A stretch of DNA of 64,000 nt. Source: Mytilus edulis (taxonomy: Eukaryota). Of this stretch, positions 46,571 through 60,300 are shown in pieces. How positions within the stretch are numbered: the stretch's first letter is position 1; every line of letters starts with the position of its first letter. Below the pieces are notes generated by a model. That model was not told where the DNA came from, ran no database searches, and was given only the letters and a program-made list of their open reading frames with translations. The position numbers and the translations under genes are program-made. The DNA is taken from assembly GCF_963676685.1 (NCBI RefSeq), contig NC_092353.1, forward strand, positions 60,078,001-60,142,000, in the 5' to 3' direction.

Positions 46571-49500
46571 ACGTAAATTATTTACATAATTTTTATTGTT
46601 TTTCATGCGACATAAATTGTTTGCTTAAGTATTTTGCTGGTTTTATTTGCCATGTCAAAAATGTATTTCATTTTTCATTTTATATAATTTTGTAGTGTTT
46701 TATCTGTGTGAATTTTCTTTACGCTGTTTTAAGAAATGATTAATGTCCTCTTTTCTTGTATACGAATTACAAACTAATTTGCACTTATAACAGCAACACG
46801 ACGGGTACAAAATATCGACTATGAACTCCCCTCTCCCCATCCCCACTTTGGTGGTGTTAGTGATGCTAAATCGTCAGTTATCAGTGTAATGTCGTGTTGC
46901 TGTTGTAAGTCTTCTCGTTGTTTTCGTTGTTTTGTTTTTGAGGTCATGTTGATGTCGTTTATATAGGTTTTGAAAATTTCGATTGCCTCCTTGGCATCTT
47001 CCCTGTCTCTTTAAAAGACTGTGGCACTTCTTGAATATTTTTGCAATGCATTTACTTGTTTTTAATATATATTGTATGTGACTGTCCCAAGTCAGGAGGA
47101 TGTAATCCAGTGCATGGTGGTGTTGGTTGCTGTCTGTCTGTCATGTTTGGTTTTTGGTTTTCTTTTTTTGTTTCGTGAACTTCATGCTATGTAGTTTTTC
47201 TCATTTCAGGCCGTACGTTGACATGCTCTCCGCTTCATTTGAACTCTAGAAGACAGTTGTCTCATTGGCAATCATATTTCCACATCTCCTTATTTTTATA
47301 AAAGTCACTGGACATTTTGTTTTCGACCTCATCGACACAACGACATGAGGACATTTATACTGCAACTACGTTATTTGCGCGATTTAGGTGGTATTTGAGT
47401 TTAAATCAAAAATGTTAGAATTTGTTCATACTTTGCAAAAACGTAGATATATATTCAGAAAAATAATAAAAATGATAGGTCACAGCGCATGTTTCAAGTT
47501 ACATGCAGGTTGTGACAAAATGACAAAAAAACCCCATCATTATGTGATTAGAAGCTAAACTGAACGATAGAATTGAAAATCAAATACGAGAAGATAGCTT
47601 TTAGAAAATGCTTTGAGAAATTCAAAAGAAAATATAGGGTAACCGTGCGTTTTTCCCGGCCAAAATACAAAACAGCAAAATTCCATGTATATACAAATGT
47701 AGTATATTGTGTTGCATTGTAAAAATTACAAAAACGAATAAATGCCACCAGACGCTTGGACTTGGTAGTTCTCTTATTGATGATACTAGCCAAGACAATT
47801 TTATCACTTCGAAATAAAAATATTAACGGAGTACTACGCGATAGCATTTTTAAGTGTACGCCCGAACCTCGTACAGGAGTCTGGGGACCATCACCAAGTT
47901 CAGGTCATAGATCTTTGAAATAGATCGAGAGGACGAAGCACCAGAAGCTTACGAGTTATCAAGAATGAGATATCCTTTTTGTAATAAATAGCATTAACAC
48001 ATTTAACTCATCAATAGAAAGATACTTGACTGTCTTATTTGTGTATTTTATGTTATTTTTTTCATTGTGTTGATTTGGAATCTAATGGGCCTTGGTTTTG
48101 GAGAAAAATGTCCAAACCAGTCGTGAGATATTGTAAAATATGTTCAAAAGCAGACGTTTGATAAAAAGAAATCGACAGAAAACCCAAAACTTCAGAAATA
48201 GGAAAAAGCAAGTCCACATTTCAATGTTAATATTTTTTTTTTTTTTTTTTACTATTTGTCTAGTTTTCACCTCATTTTTTTGGTTCAAATTTCGTTAATG
48301 ATCGGAAACATGAAACAACTAAATTTTATGGATGTTCAGGTGTAATATGAACATTCATAAAGGGTTCCCTGGAACGTATAGTCCCGCCTGGGATTGCCAT
48401 AATGATTGTAAAAGTGTATTGTTGACAGAAAAAAAAAAGCCAAACATCTTAATATGTAGATATTATTTTTGATCTTACGTATTTATGAGCTTCTGTCCAA
48501 GTTTCATGACAATCTATACACTGTCAGGTTGATATAAAAAAATATTTGCAAAGAGGTAAGTCCGTTTATAAGTATTATATTCTTAAAAAAAGAAAGAAAT
48601 ATACTTTTAAAATTTTGCCTCAGATATTATTCATAAAAAAACTTCTATTAAAGTTTCATAAATTCGATGAAAGTTTTGACAAAGTAATTGATGCTTAAAA
48701 ACTTATACGCCAAACTGTAGTCTCGCCAACCGCAAAACCAGTTTTCTTTATTAGTAAGTACGGGAAAATTATAAACACGTATTCCCCATTTAACTCTGGA
48801 TTCTTTTTATCATACACAGTTTTTACTCAATTTCCGTGAAATTTCTGGAAGCTTTGCAAACGGTATCGAACCTGAATGTCAAACGGAATATATGATTGAT
48901 ATGTCCCACTTTTGAACCGGGAAAACCAACGGTCTAATCTATTATAATAAACGCGAAACGAGAAACACTTATGAACCACACCAACAAACGACACAAAAAG
49001 AACATCAGGTTCCTGAAAGATACAACCTTGGCAGAAAATGAACATAATATGTAATATGATACAAGTTGATTGAAAACAACTACAAGCCAGGGAAAGAATT
49101 GCAAAGTTGTTCCTATTTAATTTACTTTGATGAGAATAATTTTCTTTAAATCATTGTCTCTATTTCTCAATGGAATCTACATATTAGTTGAAACGCGGAC
49201 CGCGAAGATGACCCATAAATGAACTGGTTAGGAAACTGACGTATACATATTACCGCTTGCTCAACATGGAACTGAGGTAACATGATACTTTATTTGCACA
49301 AGTACACATAAAGCAAAAAAACTATTTGTATACCTGTTATTTGTACAATAGTTGGCTAATTGCAGGATAGATAATTAGGTATGATAATCCGAAATCAATT
49401 CTTAAAGAAGTATGATATATCAAAAATGTAATGAATTACAGAAACAATGAAAATGATATGGCAGATTAATTTATTTTGGCCGAACAGCAATTTCTGATGT

Positions 49501-50483
49501 GCTGCCGTGCTACTCCACTGCTCTACGACAATGTTTATGTCACTGAAAAATTAGTAACACATTAAAGATATTCATTTGAAGGTGTACCGTCTTAGATTTA
49601 AATTGATTAAGTTAAAACAATTGCAGAATTTAAATATGTTCATAAAGTGGCTGCACAAACTAAATGGAATGATATTAAACCTGTCAATCGGTTATTATCC
49701 ATAATAGATTCGTGATAGATCGTTGTGATACTGATAGTTTGGATAGAAATATACATAATTTACATGTACATACCAAGTAGGGGTTTGCCAGGGAAATGGT
49801 GGATACAACATATATATTTTTAATTCATCGCAGAATAGAGTGAGTTGAATACTGAGATATAAGTCGAACTTTGCGACACATAGTTTAAATATGTAATACT
49901 ATTATATGATTTCTGTGCGTACAAATACATGTAGTGTTTTCATGTTGAACAAATAAATGGAATGCATTTTGTGTTACAGACAATTTATATAAAGATGATT
50001 TAGCATATAAAACACCAACCGTGATAGAAACTTAGCAGTACGATGCTAACAATTTTAATATAAGGGTTTTCAACTGCCAGTGGATAAACAAGCATGCACG
50101 TAAGTAATTTCAAGCAATTTTCCCTCTGTTAGATAAAGTATGAACATATATATATATAAGAAATAGAAAATGAACAACTGCAGAATCAACACAGATTTGA
50201 TTTATAGCAGTTCCCGAGTTTAAGGCTGATACAATAATTCCCTTTGTTAAATATCTAGAGTTAATAAAAGAAACAAAATGTTTTCTAGCTTATATCAAAT
50301 ATCGTGTTCAACCTTGGCATACACTAATAATAATGATATGGTAAAAACACATGAAACTGGCCGAATTTCATGACCTTATACATGTTCTATTTGAGCGATA
50401 CCGGTTAAGCGTCTCCTACTTTTTATGCGCTTACGGCCATGCAAATTAATTTCAGTCAAAATGTCAAAATCTGTAATAGGACT

Positions 50484-50909
50484 CATGGTGAATTTATATT
50501 TGATTGATTGTTGGTTGCTTAACGTCCATGGTGCACTTATAATTGATGGATTGTTGGTTGCTTAATGTCCATGGTGAATTTATAATTGATTGATTGTTGA
50601 TTGCTTAACGTCCATGGTGAATTCATAGACCTGCCGACCATTCTGCTACGATTAAGCGTTTTGATTTAAATATTGAATAGAAATATATTTGGAATTCCCC
50701 TTTACTATTTATGTTCATAACTTTATAAGTGATAAGTATTTTATGGTCAACCAATGTAACGTTCATGGTGAATTTATAGACCTGCCGACCATTCTGCTAC
50801 GATTAAGCGTTTGGATTGAAATATTGAATAGAAATATATTTGGAATTCCCCTTTACTATTTATGTTCATAACTTTACAAGTGATAAGTATTTTATGGTCA
50901 ACCAATGTA
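50484..50909. repeat. Compound tandem repeat: 43 bp x3, then 151 bp x2
   Basis: CATGGTG starts units at 50484, 50527, 50570, 50613 and 50764. Confidence 0.85.
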
Positions 50910-51365
50910 TTTACAATGTATCATAGACCAGTCCAATTAACATAAACTTTTAAAAAAATATTGTGCAATTGTTATTTCGTTTTGCAATTCAGAGATTTCC
51001 ACTCGCAAAACATTAGTTTTTTTCAATATTTACTCTTCATCTTCTACATGTAACCTTTTTATACAACATTGGTCGACTTCATCTCAGTGTCATTCTGAAT
51101 TTGAATAAAATATTTGCACCCTGAATGGTACACATACATTTACATCAACAACCGATCATTTTTTTCATTTTTTTTCTCCTATTTTTTTTTCGCAATTTAG
51201 TTTCTTACCTCTAATAGTACTTTTGATTGAAAAGGTGTTTGAGTGTTTCTGCAATATACAGTTTTGTGTCAACAGAAAATGATGATGAGTTTTTGTAAGT
51301 TTTTTTATTACAATTTCTTATGTTTATTTCTGTCTCGTACAATAATAATTTATTACTTCGTAGGT

Positions 51366-54300
51366 ATGAAATTATTCTCGGAGTATACAGATCGGAAGAT
51401 GTTTTATAAAATTGTTTTTACCACAATACTAGGAATAGCAGTAGTTCGTTTATATATATGGAAGTTTAGAGGTAAGACATATTAGTATATACATAATATG
51501 CACTTTGTTTTTTTGCACCTGCATGATCTGTTTATCATTATAGATTACAAATTAGTTAAAATTCGTTCTTATAACAATATGGTATACTATACATGTATGT
51601 ATCATAACGAGTGAAAATGGGATATTGCTTGATATCAACTCGCATTTTTTTTATTTCAATATAATAATTAACGAGCCTAAGGCGAGTTAACTATTACTTT
51701 TCATATCAAATAACGTGAGTATCAAGCGATATCCAATTTTCACTTGTCTCAACCCTATTTTACTTACTTGTAAAATTAATATTCCGCGAAATGTTGCACA
51801 TGTAGTATGACGTCAATTCCATTGCAACTGTCGACCCTTTACTATAGGAAATATTCGTGTCAGATTCATCAAATGAATTATGTTAACGTCCCAACAGAAA
51901 TGGGATGCAATGTTTAAATGTATACCGTTTTTAATCACTTAAAATATTTAAGATACTAAGTTTCTTAAAAACATTTTGATTTCATTTTGTCATTGTTTTC
52001 GGTAAATGAAAATGTTACCAATTAGGAAATGTCTACATCCTTATGATACAACAAAAACACAAATGATAAGAAATTCAGGAATACAAGGAAAACCCTTAAA
52101 TGAACTAATTATATAATGACTGTACACAGAGTTTTGTGAAATTTGATCTTCTTATATTAAAAAAAACTATTATTAATATACATTTCAGACCTATTGGCGA
52201 CCTTCTGCTGTTGTCTGTTCTATGGTCGGGTTGTTGTCTCTCTGACACATTCCCCATTTTATTTCAAAATTTTGGGGCTTCCATCAAGTTAGTTTGTAAA
52301 TGCAAGTGGTTTTATTGCTCAATAAAGGCAACAGTATTACTACCGGTGTTCAAAAGGCATAAATCGATTGAGAGAAAGAAGTTAAATCTGTCTCATTTCG
52401 TGGCATCCAATTATTATTTAAATTCATTGCTGCTTGTCTGCTAGAACTGAAATGAAACATTAATTTGAAATGACTGAACTTACATTATTTTGAATAATAT
52501 TTTTAATCATAAAACGCAATTGAAACTTTCAAATCCCGTAATTGCACTATGTGACGAATAATTGATATATATATATATATACTGCAGCTGTGCTATTTGA
52601 GCAGTCAAATTGCATCATGACCGTATATTCATATGTGATATACAGTCACTGACCGTATATCGCCTTGTTTATGACGTTGACAATGCGTTTCCGTAGAGTT
52701 TAATTTATGATGTTGACAATGCGTTGTCGTAGAGTTTAATTTATGACGTCAGTAAAACATACAGGTTCGTGGAAATTTTACGTCTTCCGCTCAAAATTAA
52801 AAATGATGGCTTTTACCAAAAAACTTCATTTAGAACAGTTATAAGAGTTGCAGTATATAAAGAATAACCATACATTGTCTCGAAATATCAATATTATTTG
52901 TACTCGGCTCGAAACAGGTAGAAATGCTCGGCTTTCTATCTGTTTCTAAGCCTTGTACAAATAACCTTAATATTTCGAGACAATGTATGGTTATTCTATA
53001 TATAGGAAGTTGCTGAACGTCAAGCAGTACATACTAGTATTACATATTGCATATTGATATTCAGGACGAAAACATGTCCATGTGATATGGTGTGTACCTG
53101 ACTTTGGACTAGACTTATACACTACATCCGTCAAGTAACAGTACAAAAAATACTTTTCATTTCAATCACATAAAATATTCAGACTCTGAGCTGTCACGTC
53201 TTCGCATGATGCTTCTCCTTACCACTGCGTGCCACAGGAAGCGTTCACTTTTATATGCTTAGAAAATTTGCTTAAGACGATTTGATAAAGGTTCCTTTCA
53301 ACTTTTTAAATAGACTGAAAATAATGTGCTCAAATTGTACACCCTTTAAATATAATCTGCATATGAAACTTGAGCATTTTTGCTGTATAAAGTATGCTTG
53401 AGAAGTTGATGAACTACCTGACAGCACTACAAGCTATTAACGATGCGATGCAGTGAATTATTTGAAATGATTTAAAAAGGACAGCAGTGTACAGAAATGA
53501 GAACATATATGAATGATTTGTTGAGGTCGATGGCTGTATGTATTGATTATTAATTGACTACACTTTTATTGGACTTAATATAATGAAAACTGTCTATGCA
53601 ATATAAGGTGTCAACTCGGCCGGATCAGAACTCGGCCAATATAGATTTTTTTCTGTATTGGCCGAGTTCTGATCCGGCCAATACAGGATTTCGGAACGTC
53701 TCTTGATTTTAGATCGAAAATCACGATAAACACAAACTGAAAGTAAACAGTTGTTTGGAAGACGCAGTTTTCATAAACTCACCATAAACACACCTCAGGC
53801 CAATACAGCAAGCCTCGAACCAACAACAAGGACAATACAGAAATACTTACGTAATACTATCATATTATAACATGCCCTTTTCGATTATGACCCTGGAACA
53901 GGGGTCGAATTTAAGGTTCATGTGGACCCTATGGCTAAAATGGCCGTATTTTCACCTCAAATTTTACTCTGAGTACAGGCAAACCTGTGCATCTGGAAAA
54001 GTTTCCCTAGATAAATAGAAATCAAATGCATTGTATGATTTAGAAAATTCATAACTTAACTGGATTTTGCCGTACACTTTTTTTCGTCCCTGCAGAAGAT
54101 GATTAAATTGACAAACAGTTGAGTTTACCTTGATATGGTCCACTCAGGTACACAGTTTAAATAACCAATTATTGTCATGTATCTATTGTCCATCTCATGT
54201 CCATGTCAAGCAATACAGCTCACTTCAATTATTACCTGTGGGGAAGTTCTCAAACCTGTTTCCCAACTTAGTTTATTTTGGCACCTTCTGGAGGAATGAA

Positions 54301-57300
54301 AAAAAGTGTACGGCAAAATCCTGGTAAGTTTTTATTTTTCTAAAACATAAAACATATTTGAAATTTATTTATCTAGGGCATGCTATGCCTGAATTTTTTT
54401 ACAGGTGCGCAGGTTTGTCTGTACTCAGAGTAAATTTTGAGGTGAAAATACGGCCATTTTAGCCATAGGGTCCACATGAACCTTAAGCTTTTTTGCGTAC
54501 TGGCCAGCCGGACCAGTGGACTGAAAACTCTACTGGTCCGGCTCCAAATCTACTGGTCCTGCAAAAATGACATTAATTTGACAAACACTAATATAAATTT
54601 TTCACATATTGTACAGTTCATTAAATTCCGATCTACTATATAATGCAACCATTCACGATCTTTTTCCCATGATTTTTGGTATTTGCGTTTCCTTTTGTCA
54701 CTTTCGTATACTTTATTTCGATCTTCCTTTTGATTTTCAGTTATCTTAATTTTTTTGTCCGACGGTTTAACTCCTTTCAAAAATTTCCACATTTTATATT
54801 GTTGTGAAGGACGCTCACCCGAGATATTAATTAACTTGATCAATTGTAATACCCCCAGTACCGTGTAATTGATTTCACAGGTAAATTGTTTTGTAAACAA
54901 ACGGAGATTGCGATGCAATCAGTGATTTTTATCGACAAATTTCTACTGGTCCGCCGGACCACTAGCTGACAAAATCTACTGGTCCGACGCAAATTTTACT
55001 AGTCCCGGACTACCGGACTAGCGCTAATTTCGACCACTGCCCTGGAATCATCCCTCCACCCTTATCAGCCCTCGGCTAAACTTTAAGGCCGATATTGGAG
55101 TCTCGGGATGATACCAGGGCAAACACGGAAAAGACATTTTTTAATCTACTTATCACATATCTAAGTTCTGCAGAAAAGAGAAAAAAAGTTAAATTATAAC
55201 AATTTAATGAAACATAACAGGTAAAATCTTAAATTTCTTATCACAAAAGTGTTATCAATTGTCGTTAAGGATGCATTACCGTCACGTCATTCGAAATCAG
55301 GGCACAATAACCTAAAACCTTTTTTTTTCACCGGACAATTTTGAGGTAACTACATAAAAAAATATGCAAAACCCAACGTATTCGTAACAAATATGTAATA
55401 AAAAGTATTATGAACTCATATAAGTCTTCGAACGAGTGATTGTGATCATCTGGTTGGAGACAACTACATAATACCTATTAAAGTATTAAATCATTATTAT
55501 CTCTTCCAGGAAACGTTTCTAAACTGTTAAATCAAGAAGAAATAAACTTTCTCCGGATTTATTTACTTTGTCAGAAGCATGCGACGGATGCCTTAAGATT
55601 TATTTTCGATACGCATGTTCCGAAATCATTACTCACATCGCATCTAAGTAAATGTAGTACCTTTTTTTGGAGAAAAGACGAAAAAATCATTCTTTTTCCA
55701 GGTATGTATCAATATATAGACTTGTGTTTTTCTTCCAAATTTTAGTATATGTGTGCAATACTTTATTGCATTCTGTTGATAACGAACACAAATACATTAA
55801 TTTCTTTCGAGATAAAGCTTTGCTGTATAAACTATTTCATTATTTAGGTTCCTTTTTTATACTTTGTTTTTCACATTTGATTATTGTTGAACGAGCTTTA
55901 AGTGCGCATTGAGAAATAATATTGTGTGATCAATTTGTATCATATTTAATATGATTATTTTTTTATATACCAGTTTCAGGTGGCCAAGTTAAAAGTACTG
56001 ACTTTGACTCGTCATTGCTATATAAACTAATCAGGAATACCCTCAATCACAAAATTGCTCCTCCAACGAGTGGATGGGGAACAGAACCATTACCTGGAGA
56101 TCGATCCGAAGCAGATGATATTGAAAGAATCCGTTGCTATAGAAACAAAATAGCCCATAACACAGAATTCAAGATATCTAATAAACAATTTTTGAAACAA
56201 TGGGAAGACCTTTCTAAGGTATTATATTATTTTAGATGTTCAAAAGCATTTGTTCTTAAATAATTGTTGTAAATAAATTGGTATGTCCTCTATTTAAGAT
56301 AAAGATAGAAGTTCGACCAAGAAGCTGTGGGTCCAATCGTAAGCCTTGTAACCTTGAAAGTTAATAATATGCAAGAAACGGTAAATTGTTTGATGTCACA
56401 ATACTTTTAAAGATTGTTAAAAAATAACACTTTATCAGTTTCGTATATCAATATATTTGATTTCAATCTTCATACACGTCAAAAGTTCAATATTCAATGC
56501 CGAATAGACACGTTTTGAGATTGTGTCATTAAAATATGAGCTTATACCTTGACTAAAATGCATCAAGCTTCAAGGTGTCTTTCACAAGTAAAGTCACTAT
56601 TCTAATGTGAACCAACTGCAATTTAGGAATTATTTAAATTATAGTTTTTACTTGGGAATATCAGTTCTGATGTCTTTATTGCCGAAAGTTGTTATAAATT
56701 TCTTGATCTTCAACTTTTCAATGTTGTTCGTCCAAAGCCTTTCGAGGATATTGAATGGTTTGAACTTTAATATATTAGATATTATGATTGTGTATTAGGC
56801 AAGGCCTTGATCAATTATCTATCATAACAAATGTTAAGAAATACGAAAAATTGCTTTGGTCAAATATTTGATAGCTTAGGATTGACAATATCAAAGTTTA
56901 CAAAAAAAAAATAAAAAAAATAGCCGAACAATGTTTTGCATAATTTAACAAAGACAATTTAATCAATTGCACTTGGGCAGATAATTCTCAATACAACTTG
57001 CAAAAAAGGAATATAACAATTTATTGGATTAAAATCTGGATAGGTCTTTTATCGCTGCTCGATTAAAAAGACGAACCGTGGTTAAAAATCAAAAATGACG
57101 ATATCACAAAGAACAAGACCAGGTGCATGGACAAAGTATGGGCATTTTACCAAGGTACGGGCCTGTACCAAGTCAAGAATATGACAGTTGTTATCCCTTC
57201 GTTTGATGTGTTTGAGCTTTCGGGTTTGTCATTCGATTAAGGACTTTCCGTTTTGAATATCCCTCGTTGTTCAGTGTTTTTGTGATTTTACTTTTTACTA

Positions 57301-60300
57301 TAAATGGTTCCCCTGTCAAACTAATTATAAATGTAACATAAAGAATGGGACAAAATCAATAAAATTACATATACGATGACTTATCTGGTATTTCAAGTAT
57401 TACACAAATGAAGGATTACTAAATCATATCACTGATGAGTCTAGACAGTTTAAAATCGTGTTATGCAAGCAATGTACAAACATATTTAAAATACGCGAAC
57501 ACCAAGTAACATTCTTCGATGGTTTAAATAACAAATGCATGAAAAAAATATATGTACACGAAAATTAACACCACAAAGCAGTGGTAAGTTTAGTTAAGCA
57601 ACGTCACCATTGTTGCAGAGTTTGTTCCTAGTCGACGCGTCGTTCATACTTCTATAAAACAGCCACACGATTACAAACAGAAACCCTTCTAACCAAACAT
57701 TGTAAGGAATCCCTAATGAGTTTATTCATGATAACTATTATATATATAAATAGAACGTGTTATTATAGGCTGTTAACAGATTGAACCAAGGAGCTAAGAG
57801 AACCGAAATAGAATCACTAAAATGCACTCAGTTCAATGGATCTCAGAAAAATGAAATAGAATGTATGAAAAAGAATATTTTCAGAATGAAAGATGAGATA
57901 CATGAACTACAAAATGAACTATTTTCCTGTCAGGATGAAATAAAAGATATAAAGGATGCTGTTATTGACTGTAGAAAGGATATAGAAGAAACAAATGAAA
58001 AACACATTCCTCATCACATATTTAAGATTAGATAAATCATTCCTTTGCTATATATTTATAAATATGCATCGGTTTGATTTCAAAATCATTAAAAAAATGA
58101 TAATTCTTGAGCAACAAAATACGTAAAATATAATGAGTCGACATTTCATGACAATCAAACAGAGCGAGTTTATGATGAAAACTGAAATTAAACAATTGTT
58201 TGAAATTTAAATTTATTCATCTCGGGTTTTCGAGCGTTGTTCATATGACCCCAATTTTTATGTTTTAACATTTTTATAAACATGTTAACATGTTTCAAAC
58301 AGAATACATAGACACAATTTAATTAATCTTTAATTCTCAGCAAATCACCTTTCGCATATGCTTCATTTGACACCAGAAATAACATTTTATAATCGTAAGA
58401 ATCTTATTTCACTTATTTCATTTGTTCAAGCTTAAACTTTACAACACATTTATGACTCAATTTCGCAACACCCGTTTAAATTGTTGAAAGTTGTAAAAGT
58501 AGTTACTAAAATGTCCCTTTTTCAAATAAACCTTAATATTTGTTTAATCAGGGTTAGGGTGGCTATCTTCTGACACCGATGTACCGTTTGAGTCCTTCTC
58601 CTTAATAGTATTTGTTCATTACAAAATCTGCGGAACGATCTTTATTGCCCTCAGAACATGTGGTCTTTATTCAAATACAAACTATGAAATATACAAATAT
58701 AAATCACGCATATTTTTTTTTATTATTTAAGAATGTCAACTTAGAGTTTTGGAAGATTGGAAAAGACAGGATATTGTATTCTGTGATGAAACACAGGGAT
58801 ACAGAGAAGCATTTGAAGAGGCTAAAAAACATCACATAGTGACAATTATCGGCGGTCCTGGTTCCGGTAAAACAGCAACAGCAAGACATATAGCACTACT
58901 GTTCGAAAGGCTTGGGTGGGAGGTTGTCCCTATATGTAAAGAAGAGGAAATACTACGATATGGAAACTGTCATATTCGACAAGTGTTTCTGTTAGATGAT
59001 ATCCTAGGTTCTTTTGCTGTAGATATGAGCAGATTTAATAATATAGTTTCATGCGAGATAAACATAATAAGATCACTTAATGATAAGTCAAAACTTTTGC
59101 TCACATGTCGAAAGTCAGTTTATAACGAGGCTATAATATCAAAACCATTCGTGCTTGAAAATATTGTTGACTTAGAAAGCATGACCAGCGTGTTAAATGA
59201 AATAGAAAAAATGAAAATTCTTACAAATCATTGTTCAGCGGCAGACGTCGACAAAAAGTTTTATAATAAGTTATCTTTAAAGAATACAAAAATTATGTTT
59301 CCATTTTTGTGTCAATTGTTTGCAGCTAATGTAGAATATCAGATGCTTGGCTCAAATTTTTTTGAAAGGCCATTTGAATATATAATTGAAGAAATGAGTA
59401 AACTACAAAAGACAAATACCGCGCAATATGTGTCTTTGGTGTTATGTCTAGTCAACAACAAACAACTATCCAATGAAAATATGCCTTCAAATCATGTAAA
59501 GAAAAGGATTTACAACTCTTGTGGATTAGATAGAGGAACAGCAGATAGAAAGATTTTCGATGCTTTGTCTAATATTGAAGGTACTTTTGTAATGGAGATA
59601 GGACATGACTATTCGTTTATTCATGATTCAATTTACGAAGCCATTGCTTACCACTATGGGCAGGAATTTCCGGAACAGATACTGGAATTCATGCCAAGTA
59701 ATTTTATATTAAATAAAGTGATTGTAGTTGGGAGTCCTACGTTTAATGATTTAAACATTAAGATAAAAGAAAGTCATTTTCTAAAACTAGCCGAAAGACT
59801 GTATTTGGATCTAGAATCAAACAAACTGTTTGATGTTTTTATGAACAAGGCTTTAACATACCAGCCTTTCCTTGAAGTGTTCATTGAACTGATCAGGAAG
59901 AAACCGTACGAGGATTTTAAGTTTACATTTTTAACTCCACGCATTGGTAACAGTGATCATTTAATAAATTATGATGACCTAGGTGAGAGGAAATTTGAAG
60001 ATATTTACCGTGATGAAACAATAAGAAGAGAACTATTAAACGATAAAAGGGAACGAGAATCACTTGAAGGCAAAATAAGTCAATATGTCACACATTCGAT
60101 CAGATTGATAAGTTGGGTTGTTTATTACGGGCACACTCGTCTTTTACAAGAAATTGTTAATCATGTTCTTGATCATAACGATTCTACTGACATCGTCTTC
60201 GGTTCAAATATAGAAGAACAAGCCAGACTACTATTATTGTCCGTTTACAATGGCGATCTATGCTTAATAGAACTAATTATTAGGTATGTAAATAAAGAGA

